NCBI GenBank assembly: GCA_965235115.1 | Contig: OZ249447.1 | Span: 1,860,001 to 1,924,000, forward strand | DNA length: 64,000 bases | From: Laetmonice hystrix | Taxonomy: Eukaryota | Direction: 5' to 3' | Shown: positions 26,158 to 38,466 of the stretch, piece after piece | How the letters are laid out: each line of letters opens with the position of its first letter | Position numbering within the stretch: the stretch's first letter is position 1 | Translations under genes and position numbers: made by a program | Notes under the pieces: generated by a model | What the model saw: only the letters and a program-made list of their open reading frames with translations | What the model was told of the DNA's origin: nothing | Databases searched by the model: none

Positions 26158-27054
26158 AGCAGGGAAAAATATTGTTCTAAAAGACATAAGGGTAGCCAAA
26201 TGGCAAAAGGTATCATACTCTGACAGGGAAATATGAGAGGACCTGAAATGCTTTCCTCTAGTTGACATTAAATCGGATGGGTTGAAGAAGAAGGTCAATT
26301 GCTGCTCATTTAAGGCAAAGGCTTGTCAAAAATCACATTCGAACCGCCGCAAGGCCGCCATATATAGACCTACTCACCGTTCACAGTAGTGGTTGGGAAT
26401 TAATGCCCCCCCCCCCCCCCCCCCATTCCAAGAAGTCATATGTCGAACATGACAACGGTATCAAAATCACTGGCTTTAGTAGCGCAGCCAATGTGGCACT
26501 GTCCGGAAACGTGTTATTAAAGGTCTCTGTGCTTGGCGCTGGAGATCGCGTAATTTGTAATCCATGTTTCTGTGCTTCCATTGAGTCCCATATTTAACGT
26601 CGCATTTAACGCATTTCATTCGAACCACCATATGCCCCCCCCCCCCCCCGAGTGGGCCTGGTAGATAGAATACGCATATAATAAATAACATTACTATAAT
26701 AGTCAGTAGTAGCTGACGGTTTGGCGCCATTGGATAGGAACATGCTATGTGTTGGCTGCCTTCGACTTGTTGAGAAGTTGATACATTTTGACGCAAAATA
26801 TTCAAAATCGTCTGTCTCTGTTTGATGAGGGGTTGATCCTTTTTATCCTACTTGTGGTTTCATAGAAGTCTGTGGTCAGAGTTTGTGAAATGTCAACTGT
26901 CATCGAGTCGGAGGACATGTGTCAGCAGATGGATCACTGTCTACTCAGACTCACGGTTCTTACACCACGTCATTTAAATATTCATGAAACGCCGACCACC
27001 TTCGGCTTTCTACCCAGACTTCACTGTAAGTCACCTGAAGTTGTGATTAACCAC

Positions 27055-28305
27055 TGACGTTAACAAGTTGTATCTCTACTGTAACGGCAACAACTTGGAT
27101 CTCTACACTAACGGTAACAACTTGTATCTCTACAGTGACGGTAACAACTTGTATCTCTACAGTGACGGTAACAAGTTGTGTCTCTACAGTAACAACTTGT
27201 ATCTCTTTAGTGACGGTAACAACTTCTATCTGTACAGTGACGGTAATAACTTGGATCTCTACAGTGACGGTAACAAGTTGTATCTGTACAGTGACGGTAA
27301 CAACTTGTATCTGTAAAGTGACGGTAACAACTTGGATCTCTACACTAACGGTAACAACTTGTATCTCTACAGTGACGGTAACAACTTGTATCTCTACAGT
27401 GACGGTAACAACTTGTATCTCTACAGTGACGGTAACAACTTGTATCTCTACAGTGACGGTAACAACTTGTATCTCTACAGTGACGGTAACAAGTTGTGTC
27501 TCTACAGTAACAACTTCTATTTGTACAGTGACGGTAACAACTTGTATCTCTACAGTGACAGTAACAACTTGTATCTCTACAGTGACGGTAACAACTTGTA
27601 TCTCTACAGTGACGGTAACAACTTGTATCTCTACAGTGACGGTAACAACTTGTATCTCTACAGTGACGGTAACAACTTGTATCTCTACAGTGACGGTAAC
27701 AACTTGTATCTCTATAGTGACGGTAACAACTTGTATCTGTACAGTGACGTTAACAAGTTGTATCTCTACTGTAACGGCAACAACTTGGATCTCTACACTG
27801 ACGATACAACTTGTATCTCTAGAGTGACGGTAACAACTTGTATCTCTACAGTGACGGTAACAAGTTGTGTCTCTCCAGTAACAACTTGTATCTCTTTAGT
27901 GACGGTAACAACTTGTATCTGTACAGTGACGGTAACAACTTGTATCTGTACAGTGACGGTAACAAGTTGTATCTCTACAGTAACAACTTGTATCTCTTTA
28001 GTGACGGTAACAACTTGTATCTGTAAAGTGACGGTAACAAGTTGTGTCTCTACAGTAACAACTTGTATCTCTACAGTGACGGTAACCAGTTGTATCTCTA
28101 CAGTGACGGTAACAACTTGTATCTGTACAGTGACGGTAACAACTTGTATCTCTACAGTGACGGTAACAAGTTGTATCTGTACAGTGACGGTAACAAGTTG
28201 TGTCTCTACAGTAACAACTTGTATCTCTACAGTGACGGTAACCAGTTGTATCTCTACAGTGACGGTAACAACTTGTATCTCTACAGTGACGGTAACAACT
28301 TGTGT
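27055..28305. repeat. Minisatellite, 27-bp unit with 21-bp deletion variants
   Basis: Unit GACGGTAACAACTTGTATCTCTACAGT. Confidence 0.95.
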
Positions 28306-28733
28306 CTCTGCTACCTGCCTGTCAGGTCCGAATCGTCGCATCCGACATCCAGATAAATCCGGGGGTATTGTCATCACTTTCAAGTTCGACCTTTTGATTT
28401 TTGGGGGGTTATTTTCGATGTATGTAATTTCAACATATTACGGCCATTGATGGGAATATAAATGTAAAAGATCTAGAGAGGCAAAGCCACTTGATGCCGT
28501 AAGTCGTATTCAGTAGTTCTGCGTCGGAGATTTTATAAAACCAGACATTTGCAAGTGAAATTAGGTGGGAAATGACGTTTTGGATCTAGGGAGGCCTTGC
28601 TTCCAAGACATTTCCGGTAAGAGAGGACTGTGGCAGGCAGTGGTGCTCAGACCGTACATAGCGTGACTTTTCCGCTCCGCGGCTTTTGCTTGGTGACCGC
28701 TATTAAGGAGACCGGTGAAGAAATCGATATGTA

Positions 28734-29069
28734 CTGTGGCCAAAAAGTACAAACATTCTCAGCTGGAAGATTTCGATCCCCGGCTCACATGTGTCGGTAC
28801 TCGGGTTACAGATTTCGCTACTCCGGTCAGATGTTGCTACTCGGGTCTTCGATTTCAATCCTCGTCTCGCAGATTTCGGTACTCGGGTCCAATGTCCCGA
28901 GTAGTGAAATGTGCGAGCCGAGTAGCAACATTGGACCTGAGTACCGAAATCTGCGAGCCGAGGATCGATATCGATGAACTGAGTAGCAACATCTGACCGG
29001 AGTAGCGACATTTGTGACCCCGAGGATCGAAATCCTCCAGCCGACAATGTTTGTACTTTTCGGCTACAG
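28734..29069. mobile_element. Tc1/mariner-like MITE/foldback, TA-flanked
   Basis: TA|CTGTGGCCAAAAAGTACAAACATT ... AATGTTTGTACTTTTCGGCTACAG|TA; ~46-bp imperfect TIR; interior made of inverted (G)TACTCGG sub-repeats. Confidence 0.75.
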
Positions 29070-29595
29070 TAGATATGAGCCCCACGGTCAGTCTGCCGTC
29101 TGTTCTGACATGTATGAACAAACCACACACACATTTTTACGTCCCGTCCATGATCAGCTGGCCAAGTAAAGCAGCATCTAAATGGACCATTTAACAAATA
29201 GTCACGTCCGAGCGTAACGGATGGCAGAATGACGTGTCTGACTGCGCGTCTGATATAGTGGACGGTAGTCCAGACACCCTCTTCACCAGGCTTTCCAAGG
29301 ACAGTGGCCGGTAATATAGTAATACACTCACGCAGGCTATAGCCTTCACCAAACTCCACTTTGCAGGGTTGAAAGCCAGTACCTTGCCTATAGCTAAAAG
29401 AGAGCTCTCCAGATTAATAGCGTTCCGCCCAACAGTTCTTGTGGAAATAGTCGAGTGAAGGTTGGCCACTAACGATCGCACAGAGTAACAATTGGATAGA
29501 ATTCGCAGAAAATGATCAGTCATGTTTTTATTAAGGGAATCACAAGGCCAAAGTGGGGAATTCGGAACCACCTAGCGATGAGAGTTGGTCACTTA

Positions 29596-31640
29596 GAAAG
29601 GCTCCAAGTGTGATAGAGCCCGTTCAGTGTGCCTGTAAACACGTTGAAAGGCTCCAAGTGTGACAGAGCCTGTTCAGTGTGTCTGTAAACACGTTGAAAT
29701 GCTTCCACTGGGATAGAACCTGTTTAGTGTGCCTGTAAACACGTTGAAAGGCTCCAAGTGTGATAGGGCCTGTTCAGTGTGCCTGTAAACACGTTGAAAG
29801 GCTCCAAGTGTGATAGAGCCCGTTCAGTGTGTCTGTAAACACGTTGAAAGGCTCCAAGTGTGATAGAACATGTTCAGTGTGCCTGTAAACACGTTGAAAG
29901 GCTCCAAGTGTGATAGAGCCTGTTCAGTGTGCCTGTAAACACGTTGAAAGGCTCCAACTGTGAAAGAACCTGTTCAGTGTGCCTGTAAACACGTTGAAAG
30001 GCTCCAAGTGTGATAGAGCCTGTTCAGTGTGTCTGTAAACACGTTGAAATGCTTCCACTGGGATAGAACCTGTTTAGTGTGCCTGTAAACACGTTGAAAG
30101 GCTCCAAGTGTGATAGGGCCTGTTCAGTGTGCCTGTAAACACGTTGAAAGGCTCCAAGTGTGATAGAGCCCGTTCAGTGTGTCTGTAAACACGTTGAAAG
30201 GCTCCAAGTGTGATAGAACCTGTTCAGTGTGCCTGTAAACACGTTGAAAGGCTCCAAGTGTGATAGGGCCTGTTCAGTGTGCCTGTAAACACGTTGAAAG
30301 GCTCCAAGTGTGATAGAGCCCGTTCAGTGTGTCTGTAAACACGTTGAAAGGCTCCAAGTCAGTCGGAACGACCGAGCCATTTCCGGTTTACTTTCCTTTC
30401 GGGAACTGGACTCGGACAGTGAAAGCGCCATCTTGCTTTGCTGACGTCACCAAACTATTTTCAAAATGTAAATACAGACATATTTGTCGGGGGGAATAGG
30501 GGGCCTATACAGCTACACCGCGTATCCCGTATGAGCCCCGGCCGACGCGATGTGAGCCCGTCACTTTAGCCCGCTGGGTTAAACCCAGTGAGGGTCCCGT
30601 CAAAGCAGACGGTAGCAACTCGCTCACCGCGGCGGGCAGTCGGGAGGAGCGACGGCAGGCCACACCACGCGTGCACCTGCCAACATGCTGTCCGTATCAC
30701 CCGCGTATGTCGACTGAAGTGACGAGCAAACGAAGGCTGTCGCTCGCACATATTGTACAGCAATTAGAAATTCTTCCAAAGGAGTCTCGATTAAATTCGT
30801 AATATATCGCACACGCCGTGCACTAGCCTGACTAGGCGTAGGTATCGCCATGCCTATGGCTATGACAATGTTGTCATCGTCGTCGTGTGCGTCGATGGTC
30901 GTGTGGCTGTGGGCGCCGCCATTATGGTAAAAATCGGACTACAAAAATCGTATTTTGACATCAAATTATGTGAACATGTTACTTGTTTGCTCATTATCAA
31001 CACGTACAGTCGGTGAAATCTTGTTTACAATGCACACAACACCTAAAACAGTACGTCTATCTACTGCACTACTTTTTCAATCGGCCGAATCAATGAGCAC
31101 ATGGCCTATCCGGCGGATTCCCGTAAAATCCACGTAAAATCCGTACACTTTCACTGTCCGAGGCCTGCTTCGCCCCGGATATGACCTAGAAACAGCCAAT
31201 CAGAAGCAGCGTCGGTCGTTCCGAGTGGCTCCAAGTGTGATAGAGCCTGTTCAGTGTGTCTGTAAACACGTTGAAAGCCCCCAAGTGTGATAGAGCCTGT
31301 TCAGTGTGCCTGTAAACACGTTGAAAGGCTCCAAGTGTGATAGGGCCTGTTCAGTGTGTCTGTAAACACGTTGAAAGGCTCCAAGTGTGATAGGGCCTGT
31401 TCAGTGTGCCTGTAAACACGTTGAAAGGCTCCAAGTGTGATAGGGCCTGTTCAGTGTGTCTGTAAACACGTTGAAAGGCTCCAAGTGTGATAGAACCGGT
31501 TCAGTGTGCCTGTAAACACGTTGAAAGGCTCCAAGTGTGATAGAGCCCGTTCAGTGTGTCTGTAAACACGTTGAAAGGCTCAAGTGTGACAGAGCCTGTT
31601 CAGTGTGCCTGTAAACACGTTGAAAGGCTCCAAGTGTGAG
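29596..31640. repeat. Minisatellite, 50-bp unit, split by a DNA transposon at 30360-31227
   Basis: Unit GAAAGGCTCCAAGTGTGATAGAGCCTGTTCAGTGTGCCTGTAAACACGTT; variant GCTTCCACTG recurs at 29701 and 30051 (7-unit period). Confidence 0.95.
30360..31227. mobile_element. Non-autonomous DNA transposon with 9-bp TSD (Mutator/MULE-like)
   Basis: TIR CAGTCGGAACGACCGA / TCGGTCGTTCCGAGTG (1 mismatch); TSD GCTCCAAGT on both sides; second perfect 15-bp inverted pair at 30411-30425 and 31148-31162. Confidence 0.85.
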
Positions 31641-32401
31641 AGTAACCACGTTGAAATGTTCCCACTGGGATACGGCCCGTTCAGTGTACCTGTAATTGAT
31701 CTCTAGCTCCCTCTCCCCTGTCTGGAACCGACGGGTGGGGGTTATCTCAGGTGGTGGCTCACGGATACCTTACGGACACCTCGTAATCTACATTAACATG
31801 GACTACAACTGACAAATGATACACTTTGCCACCACTCACCCAATGAAGCAATAGCCCCCCCCCCCCCCCACTCTGCCAGCATCCCACGGGGGCTTACTGT
31901 ACCTGGACTATTACCTATACCTGCTTCTATACAGATATAGAGCGTTCTTCTCATTAGTAGAGTGCGTTGGAGAATAAACCAATCAAGAGGTCTTAGACAA
32001 ATTGGCGCCCACAATCCGTCGCTGTCCTCCGGTGATCTGGGCCAATTACAGCCGCCGTCTCTGTGACAGAGGTCCTTCGTCGTCCCGTCTTGACGTCGTC
32101 TACACGCCCGTAACGCTGCAGTGGGCGGAGGAGGCGTGCCAGGAATAAGACAATTAATGACACGTATTTTTTGGTGCAGTGTAAAGGCCTTTTACTTGAG
32201 GGATGGTGTGCACGTGCGAGATGATTGATATTAGTAGGATGTTGGAAGGAATAATTGTTGCTGACATTTACTCAGGTCGGTCCGAGGGGTGAAGGCCGAC
32301 ATCTGCCGATGCCATTTCCATGATGTTGATGGACAGCAGCACCAGACAAGGACATTCCGCCAGATTCCACCAAAGTAATTGCTAGATTGTCGATCGAGTA
32401 G

Positions 32402-33340
32402 TACCGCATTGACGCACTTTTAGGCGAGTGCGCCTAAAAGCGGATTTTTTGAAGCTGGTCGGTCTGTCGTTGGACGGTGTTTGCTAAAATTAAAATAGGC
32501 CTACTGTCATCCACGCTGGGTGGGGTGGCGCATTGGTAAGACTCTCGCTCGTTGGCCAAAAGGGTCTGTCACGTTCGGGTTCGAATCCCCTTCGAGCCAG
32601 AACAACTTGCACTTCACGAAGAAGTTACATGTCCTTGCATGCAGTGTTGACCAGTCAGTGTGCACACCTGTGGCGGTTACTTTCCCACAATTCTTTTGGC
32701 AGGGGTTCGGATTAAGGTCAGGGATATGTTTTTGGGAGGTGTATAGGGACCGGGATTAGGGATAGGGTCAGGGCTAGCGATCTTTACTTCAAACCAAATT
32801 TCGTGGGGTTTGTTACCACGGGGGATGTACCCCTGTGGCACACGCTGTAACATAACGTGCCGCACCAGCCGAGTACGTCACGACCACCACGACAAGTGGT
32901 AGACACGTACTTCGCTCTTTGTCCTCGTCATATTTTTTTTATTATGGTGGAATGTTTCATAATTTGAAAAGTCTGCTGCAAACCCTCGGATATGCAACTA
33001 TTTAAACGTTTTCTCCAAAGAACAGTGCCCTTATTTCAGATATCTACGGTCGGCCTACCAATTGGCATGAACGAACTGTCATGTGCTTCTCCCGCCCCAA
33101 TATACATGTATCTGTCGACTAGCTAACACCCGTGCGCTGCACGAGTTTGTACTTGAGCACCATTGTTCGCCTAAATGAAGGGGGACCGCTACAGGCGGGT
33201 AAATGCGGCTGTGTAAAAGAGCACACGGTGCCCCGAAATGATCAGACATGTATGTTTATTTAGCACTACAAATATACGTATACCGTATTTACGCACTTTT
33301 AGGCGTGTGCGCCTATAAGAGGATTTTTGCGTTTTTTGAG
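32402..33340 (+). mobile_element. Two same-orientation remnants of a Tc2/pogo-like MITE left end
   Basis: TACCGCATTGACGCACTTTTAGGCG at ~32402 and TACCGTATTTACGCACTTTTAGGCG at 33281; no matching right TIR found. Confidence 0.4.
32515..32600 (+). mobile_element. tRNA-derived SINE head
   Basis: A-box TGGCGCATTGGT (32526), B-box GGTTCGAATCC (32578); acceptor stem does not pair, so it is not an intact tRNA. Confidence 0.6.
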
Positions 33341-34046
33341 GAAATTTCAAAATAAAAAATCGTCAGATATAGGCGCATGCGTCTAGAGATAGTGGTCGAG
33401 TCTATGAGTATGGCTGGTTCATTACTCATCAGTCAAATCTGCGCATCCCTTACGTCAGATTTATGGCTACTGATAGCTTTGAAATATTGAAGATGGGTTA
33501 AATATTGTTAGAGTAACCATCTAAGCGGGTTTGTAAATACACACAGGTCTATCCTAGAAAACACCCCCCCCCCCCCCGTCATGTAACACGGACGCCCGCA
33601 CCCCCATTACACCCCCTCCACCCTCACACACAGTGAACGAGATCATGAGGGTTTTTTTACTGTCAAGCCGAAATGAGCCAGTTGCGTGTTTTCTACCATA
33701 CATGTTATACGAGTGAGGACGATTTTCTGTGGGAACCCACATTATGATCGGGTTCACTGTAGTCCTCCCTCTCTATGACGGCCGCCAACGTGTACAGATA
33801 ACTCAAAGCGAGATACCCGACACCTTGGGAGAGGGCTGATTATATTCCAGTTGATCTCTGGTATTGAAGGTTAGAATAATTCATCTGAATTAATTATGTG
33901 GCTTCCAGGAAAACAGTATTTATAAAATAGGATTTTCGGGATGTGCAATGAAAGACTTCATAGAAATGTTTGAAGGCCTTTCAAATATGGAAACAACATC
34001 CCTTGTGTTTATATTGTTACGTTCTCGAAGGGTGTTAGAGTACGAA

Positions 34047-34655
34047 ACGGGGAACAGTCTGTCAACAATCTGGGTACCGGGGAACAGTCTGGGAACAATA
34101 TTGGTACCGGGGAACAATCTGGGAACAATCTTGGTACCGGGGAACAATCTGGGTACCGGGGAACAATCTTGGTACCGGGGAACAGTCTAGGAACAATCTT
34201 GGTACCGGGGAACAGTCTGGGAACAATCTGGGTACCGGGGAACAGTCTGGGAACAATCTTGGTACCGGGGAACAGTCTGGGAACAATCTGGGTACCGGGG
34301 AACAATCTAGGAACAATCTGGGTACCGGGGAACAGTCTGGGAACAATCTGGGTACCGGGGAACAGTCTGGGAACAATCTGGGTACCGGGGAACAGTCTGG
34401 GAACAATCTGGGTACCGGGGAACAATCTAGGAACAATCTGGGTACCGGGGAACAGTCTGGGAACAATCTGGGTACCGGAGAACAGTCTGGGAACAATCTT
34501 GGTACCGGGGAACAGTCTGGGAACAATCTTGGTACCGGGGAACAATCTGGGAACAATCTTGGTACCGGGGAACAATCTGGGAACAATCTTGGTACCGGGG
34601 AACAATCTGGGAACAATCTGGGTACCGGGGAACAGTCTGGGAACAATCTTGGTAC
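34047..34655. repeat. Minisatellite, 30-bp unit
   Basis: Unit GGGAACAATCTGGGTACCGGGGAACAGTCT. Confidence 0.95.
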
Positions 34656-36110
34656 AGTAAATGCAGAAACATTCTGTGGACTTTGACCTCTCCGAGATCT
34701 GGAGGTGTGTATTTTTCGTCTTCCAGACAATCTTGGTATCCACACAACAATAATTCCAGCGCCGGATCAAGCGACCACTTTCCATAGTCTTACAACCGGC
34801 GCCATTTTGTTAAACCCACATCCGGGGTCAAGGTCACGAAGGGAGCAGTCATTTCAGACGTTGGCTATTAGTTAGGCGCCATAATGGAGGAAATGCTGTT
34901 TGGTCTAGAATAATGAATGCTCCCCTGCTGGTCGCCAGTGCGCATGTTTTGAACATGCGCAGTAGAACAAACAGTATGGCGGCTAACGGCAGTGAACCAG
35001 CGCGATTCGGAATTTCGAAAGTCTGATTTATTAAAACTTTGGGCAAAAATCCTCGGAAAAGTGTGCAGCAGAGGAACAGAAGTTGGGCTGCGTTAGAATT
35101 GACACCTCAACTGGCAGTAGTTACGATGGATTTTGCACAGCGAGTGATTGACATGGGAGGTAGGGTTTTTCGCGTTAGCAGTGTCTGTCCCTACTGGGAC
35201 GATACTCCGTCTATATGGGTGGATGAATGGATCCAGCTACCTTACATGGGCAAGGGTCACTCATTATGGGGGTGGGGGGAGAACCCTGCTTTTGAAAAAT
35301 TTCGGGGGAGGGGGGGGGCACAGCCCCCCCCCCCCCCCAATCCGCCACTGATGGTTCGATGATATTTGTATCCGTACGGGAACCTCAATATTTGCAGTCA
35401 TAGATTGGGTTTGTACTATAGTAGCATGACGTGCGATCTTCCATTCGCCGTTTCCATCGTTTCGTAACGTGATGTATAGTGCGGGATTATATCTCATCTA
35501 TTCCCTCGGTTCGGAAAATGTTATTATTTGGACGATGGCAGACAATTTTCCGCCTGATGGCTCCGGTTTTTATCGTGGCTGCATTTCGTTCAGTGCGCCC
35601 TCTGGCGGGTATGGTCCGTCATGCAGATCCTCCTCTCTGATATTGTGAGTAGATTAATCTTAGTGCGCGCAGCAGACGCCAGGCAGCGCTGATGGATGGC
35701 TGTCAGCACTGTATGCTGCAGCGTTTAGAAGAAAATAGTAAATTAGTCAGATATAGCGAAATTATTGACCGCCATGTGAAGTGCCCCAGGCCTCCACCAG
35801 GGGGCGTAGTTTAGGAGTATGGCCCCCTGGTGGATTTAATTGAACTGTCATTGTGGCCCCTTAAGTCCGGTCGGTAGGTGGTTTAAAGGACACCCCGTAC
35901 ATAACCCGTATGAACATCACATGACAAGAGGCATCTGAGCGTCTCTAGTGCCCTTGGAGGATGTTCAAGGGCTTTATATAAGACGAAACGTTGAATTATT
36001 AAAGTGCGCCTTACATGTTATGGGTAGGTCAGTCAGTTCGTGATCGTCTAAACCATAGGTTGTTGGCTATAGGCCGACAGTCCCTCCGTACCGTTTCTAT
36101 ACCTTCAATC

Positions 36111-36573
36111 CCACCCCACAGCCTGTAGTACGGCCGTCCCTGTATCCTAGACCTCCCACACCACAGTCTGTAGTACGGCCGTCCCTGTATCCTATACCTC
36201 CTACCCCACAGCCTGTAGTACGGCCGTCCCTGTATCCTAGACCTCCCACACCACAGCCTGTAGTACGGCCGTCCCTGTATCCTAGACCTCCCACACCACA
36301 GCCTGTAGTACGGCCGTCCCTGTATCCTAGACCTCCCACACCACAGCCTGTAGTACGGCCGTCCCTGTATCCTAGACCTCCCACACCACAGCCTGTAGTA
36401 CGGCTGTCCCTGTATCCTAGACCTCTCACACCACAGCCTGTAGTACGGCCGTCCCTGTATCCTAGACCTCCCACACCACAGCCTGTAGTACGGCCGTCCC
36501 TGTATCCTAGACCTCCCACACCACAGCCTGTAGTACGGCCGTCCCTGTATCCTAGACCTCCCACACCACAGCC
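36111..36573. repeat. Minisatellite, 45-bp unit, ~10 copies
   Basis: Unit CCTGTAGTACGGCCGTCCCTGTATCCTAGACCTCCCACACCACAG. Confidence 0.95.
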
Positions 36574-36928
36574 TAGAGGTGAGATATTATCGCAGGTAGA
36601 GGTGAGATATTATCGCAGGTAGGGGCGAGATATTATCGCAGGTAGAGGTGAGATATTATCGCAGGTAGAGGTGAGATATTATCGCAGGTAGAGGTGAGAT
36701 ATTATCGCCAGGTAGAGGTGAGATATGGCCTATTATCGCAGGTAGAGGTGAGATATAATCGCAGGTAGAGGTGAGATATTATCGCAGGTAGAGGTGGGAT
36801 ATTATCGCAGGTAGAGGTGAGATATTATCGCAGGTAGAGGTGGGATATTATCGCAGGTAGAGGTGAGATATTATCGCAGGTAGAGGTGGGATATTATCGC
36901 AGGTAGAGGTGCGATATTATCGCCAGGT
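36574..36928. repeat. Minisatellite, 23-bp unit, abutting the 45-bp array
   Basis: Unit TAGAGGTGAGATATTATCGCAGG. Confidence 0.95.
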
Positions 36929-37797
36929 TAAGACTTGATCTGGTTGAAACAGATTATTGATTAATAGGATGGTTTGGGTTTCAGTGTTGACGTGTATCAT
37001 GCCGGAACCAAGGGATCATGCACAGGATCAAACCTGGCACCTGGCAACTGTACCCTCATTGGAAAATAATAAATGTATAAAGCCCAACAACTCAGCAACC
37101 CCCCCCCCCCCCCCCACACCCACACCCACAGAGATCTAGGCCTATTCACATCGAGAGCTCGCCGAGATGTCATAAAGCCAGGACGTAGAATAGGTTCACG
37201 ATCTAAGCCTTATCACTTCTATACTAGAAACGCATGTTTTACCATGAAGAAACTATTTTTATTTTTACAGACGATCGTATTTTCTACGAATCCCGTAAAA
37301 AGAAGAGGCGGCGTCAGCTCCAAGCGGCTGAGCATACCCGGATGGAGAAAAACCGAATTCGCCGCCAGAGTGCGCTCATCGTACTCACTCGTCGGTTGAC
37401 GCAGGCGCGGTTATCGCTAGCTCCGGGTTCGCCACCAGATGGCGTTCCGTCAGGGGCGTCCCGTCTCAGTCATAGCGCACGCACTTCAGACTTCATACCT
37501 TCCGACCAACTACAATGTTTGTTTGATCGACTAATTGACAGCGAGAGTGACTCGTCCAACCTATCCAGTGTCGACTACGAGGCTCTGGGCATTGACATTG
37601 AGGACCCGGATGTACTGTCCAACATGTTACCGGAAATCTCGGTGATGGCAGCGTCTCGCTGTGACCTCAGTGAAGAAGAGGCTGCTGACCTTGACCTAGA
37701 TTATGAGGTTCTCGTGACCAGGTCTTAACGATCGAGCCCAGGGGCGACAGGTTAACACCTGTTATGTTTCGTGTACATTTATTAATACCCTGAGCCG

Positions 37798-37989
37798 GGG
37801 GTGTAGCCAGGATTTTCCGAGTGGGAGCGATATCCGGTCGCCAAGTTGAAACCGCGCACATGTGCATAGATCTATCACCAGTAAATCACAAATTTAACAG
37901 CGTTGTTATACATGTATAATTCAATTTTTACTCGCGTTTGTTTCGTTAAAAGTTCCATTTCTAGTACTACAGCCCCCTGGCTACACCCC
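37798..37989. mobile_element. Small MITE (PIF/Harbinger-like ends)
   Basis: Perfect 14-bp TIR GGGGTGTAGCCAGG / CCTGGCTACACCCC; superfamily inferred from terminal sequence only. Confidence 0.6.
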
Positions 37990-38206
37990 AGCCCTCAGCT
38001 ATAGATATAGATTCCTGACTGGGCTGAGAGAGCCTTTGTTCCTGTTAATGTTATTATAGTCATTGTCCTAGCTCAGTAAAGGCCGAGACTAATGGGAACT
38101 GGGCTGTTCAGCAATGATATAACAATAAAATACACCTGCGGATATTTCTGTAGCTGTAAATAGTGATGTCACTAAACTGCCAGTAAAAATCTTGTGCCAG
38201 TAAAAA

Positions 38207-38466
38207 TCAGCAATGAGGGACATTCTGTGTTCAGCAATGAGGGTCATTTTGTGTTCAGCAATGAGGGTCATTTTGTGTTCAGCAATGAGGGTCAGAAAAG
38301 AGGGTCATTCTGTGTTCAGAAATGAAGGCCATGTTGTATTCATGAGGGTCATTTTGTTCAGTTGGTTCAGCTATATTGTCAGGTAACAGTCCACATGCAG
38401 TCTCCTACATTTTGTTCAGTTGGTTCAGCTATATTGTCAGGTAACAGTCCACATGCAGTCTCCTAC
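38207..38466. repeat. 24-bp short array followed by an exact 58-bp tandem duplication
   Basis: CAGCAATGAGGGTCATTTTGTGTT, 4-5 copies; 38351-38408 = 38409-38466. Confidence 0.85.

Noticed and set aside
22475-28450. Long ORFs with LLGGYYR, TVRTISLCASGLNGVFC, SDGNNLYLY and TVT repeats (antifreeze, mucin or beta-solenoid look-alikes)
   Set aside because: All coincide with minisatellites, break at unit indels and lack non-repetitive termini.
29191-29571. 126-aa ORF with FNPAK resembling the end of a LINE reverse transcriptase
   Set aside because: No YADD/FADD or QG motif and the spacing is ~10 aa short.
32515-32600. tRNA gene (also candidates at 2299 and 63763)
   Set aside because: A and B boxes are present, but the acceptor and anticodon stems do not pair; called SINE heads instead.
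34009-36564. Repetitive ORFs (VPRLFPGTQI; GVGGLGYRDGRTTGC)
   Set aside because: Translations of the 30-bp and 45-bp arrays.
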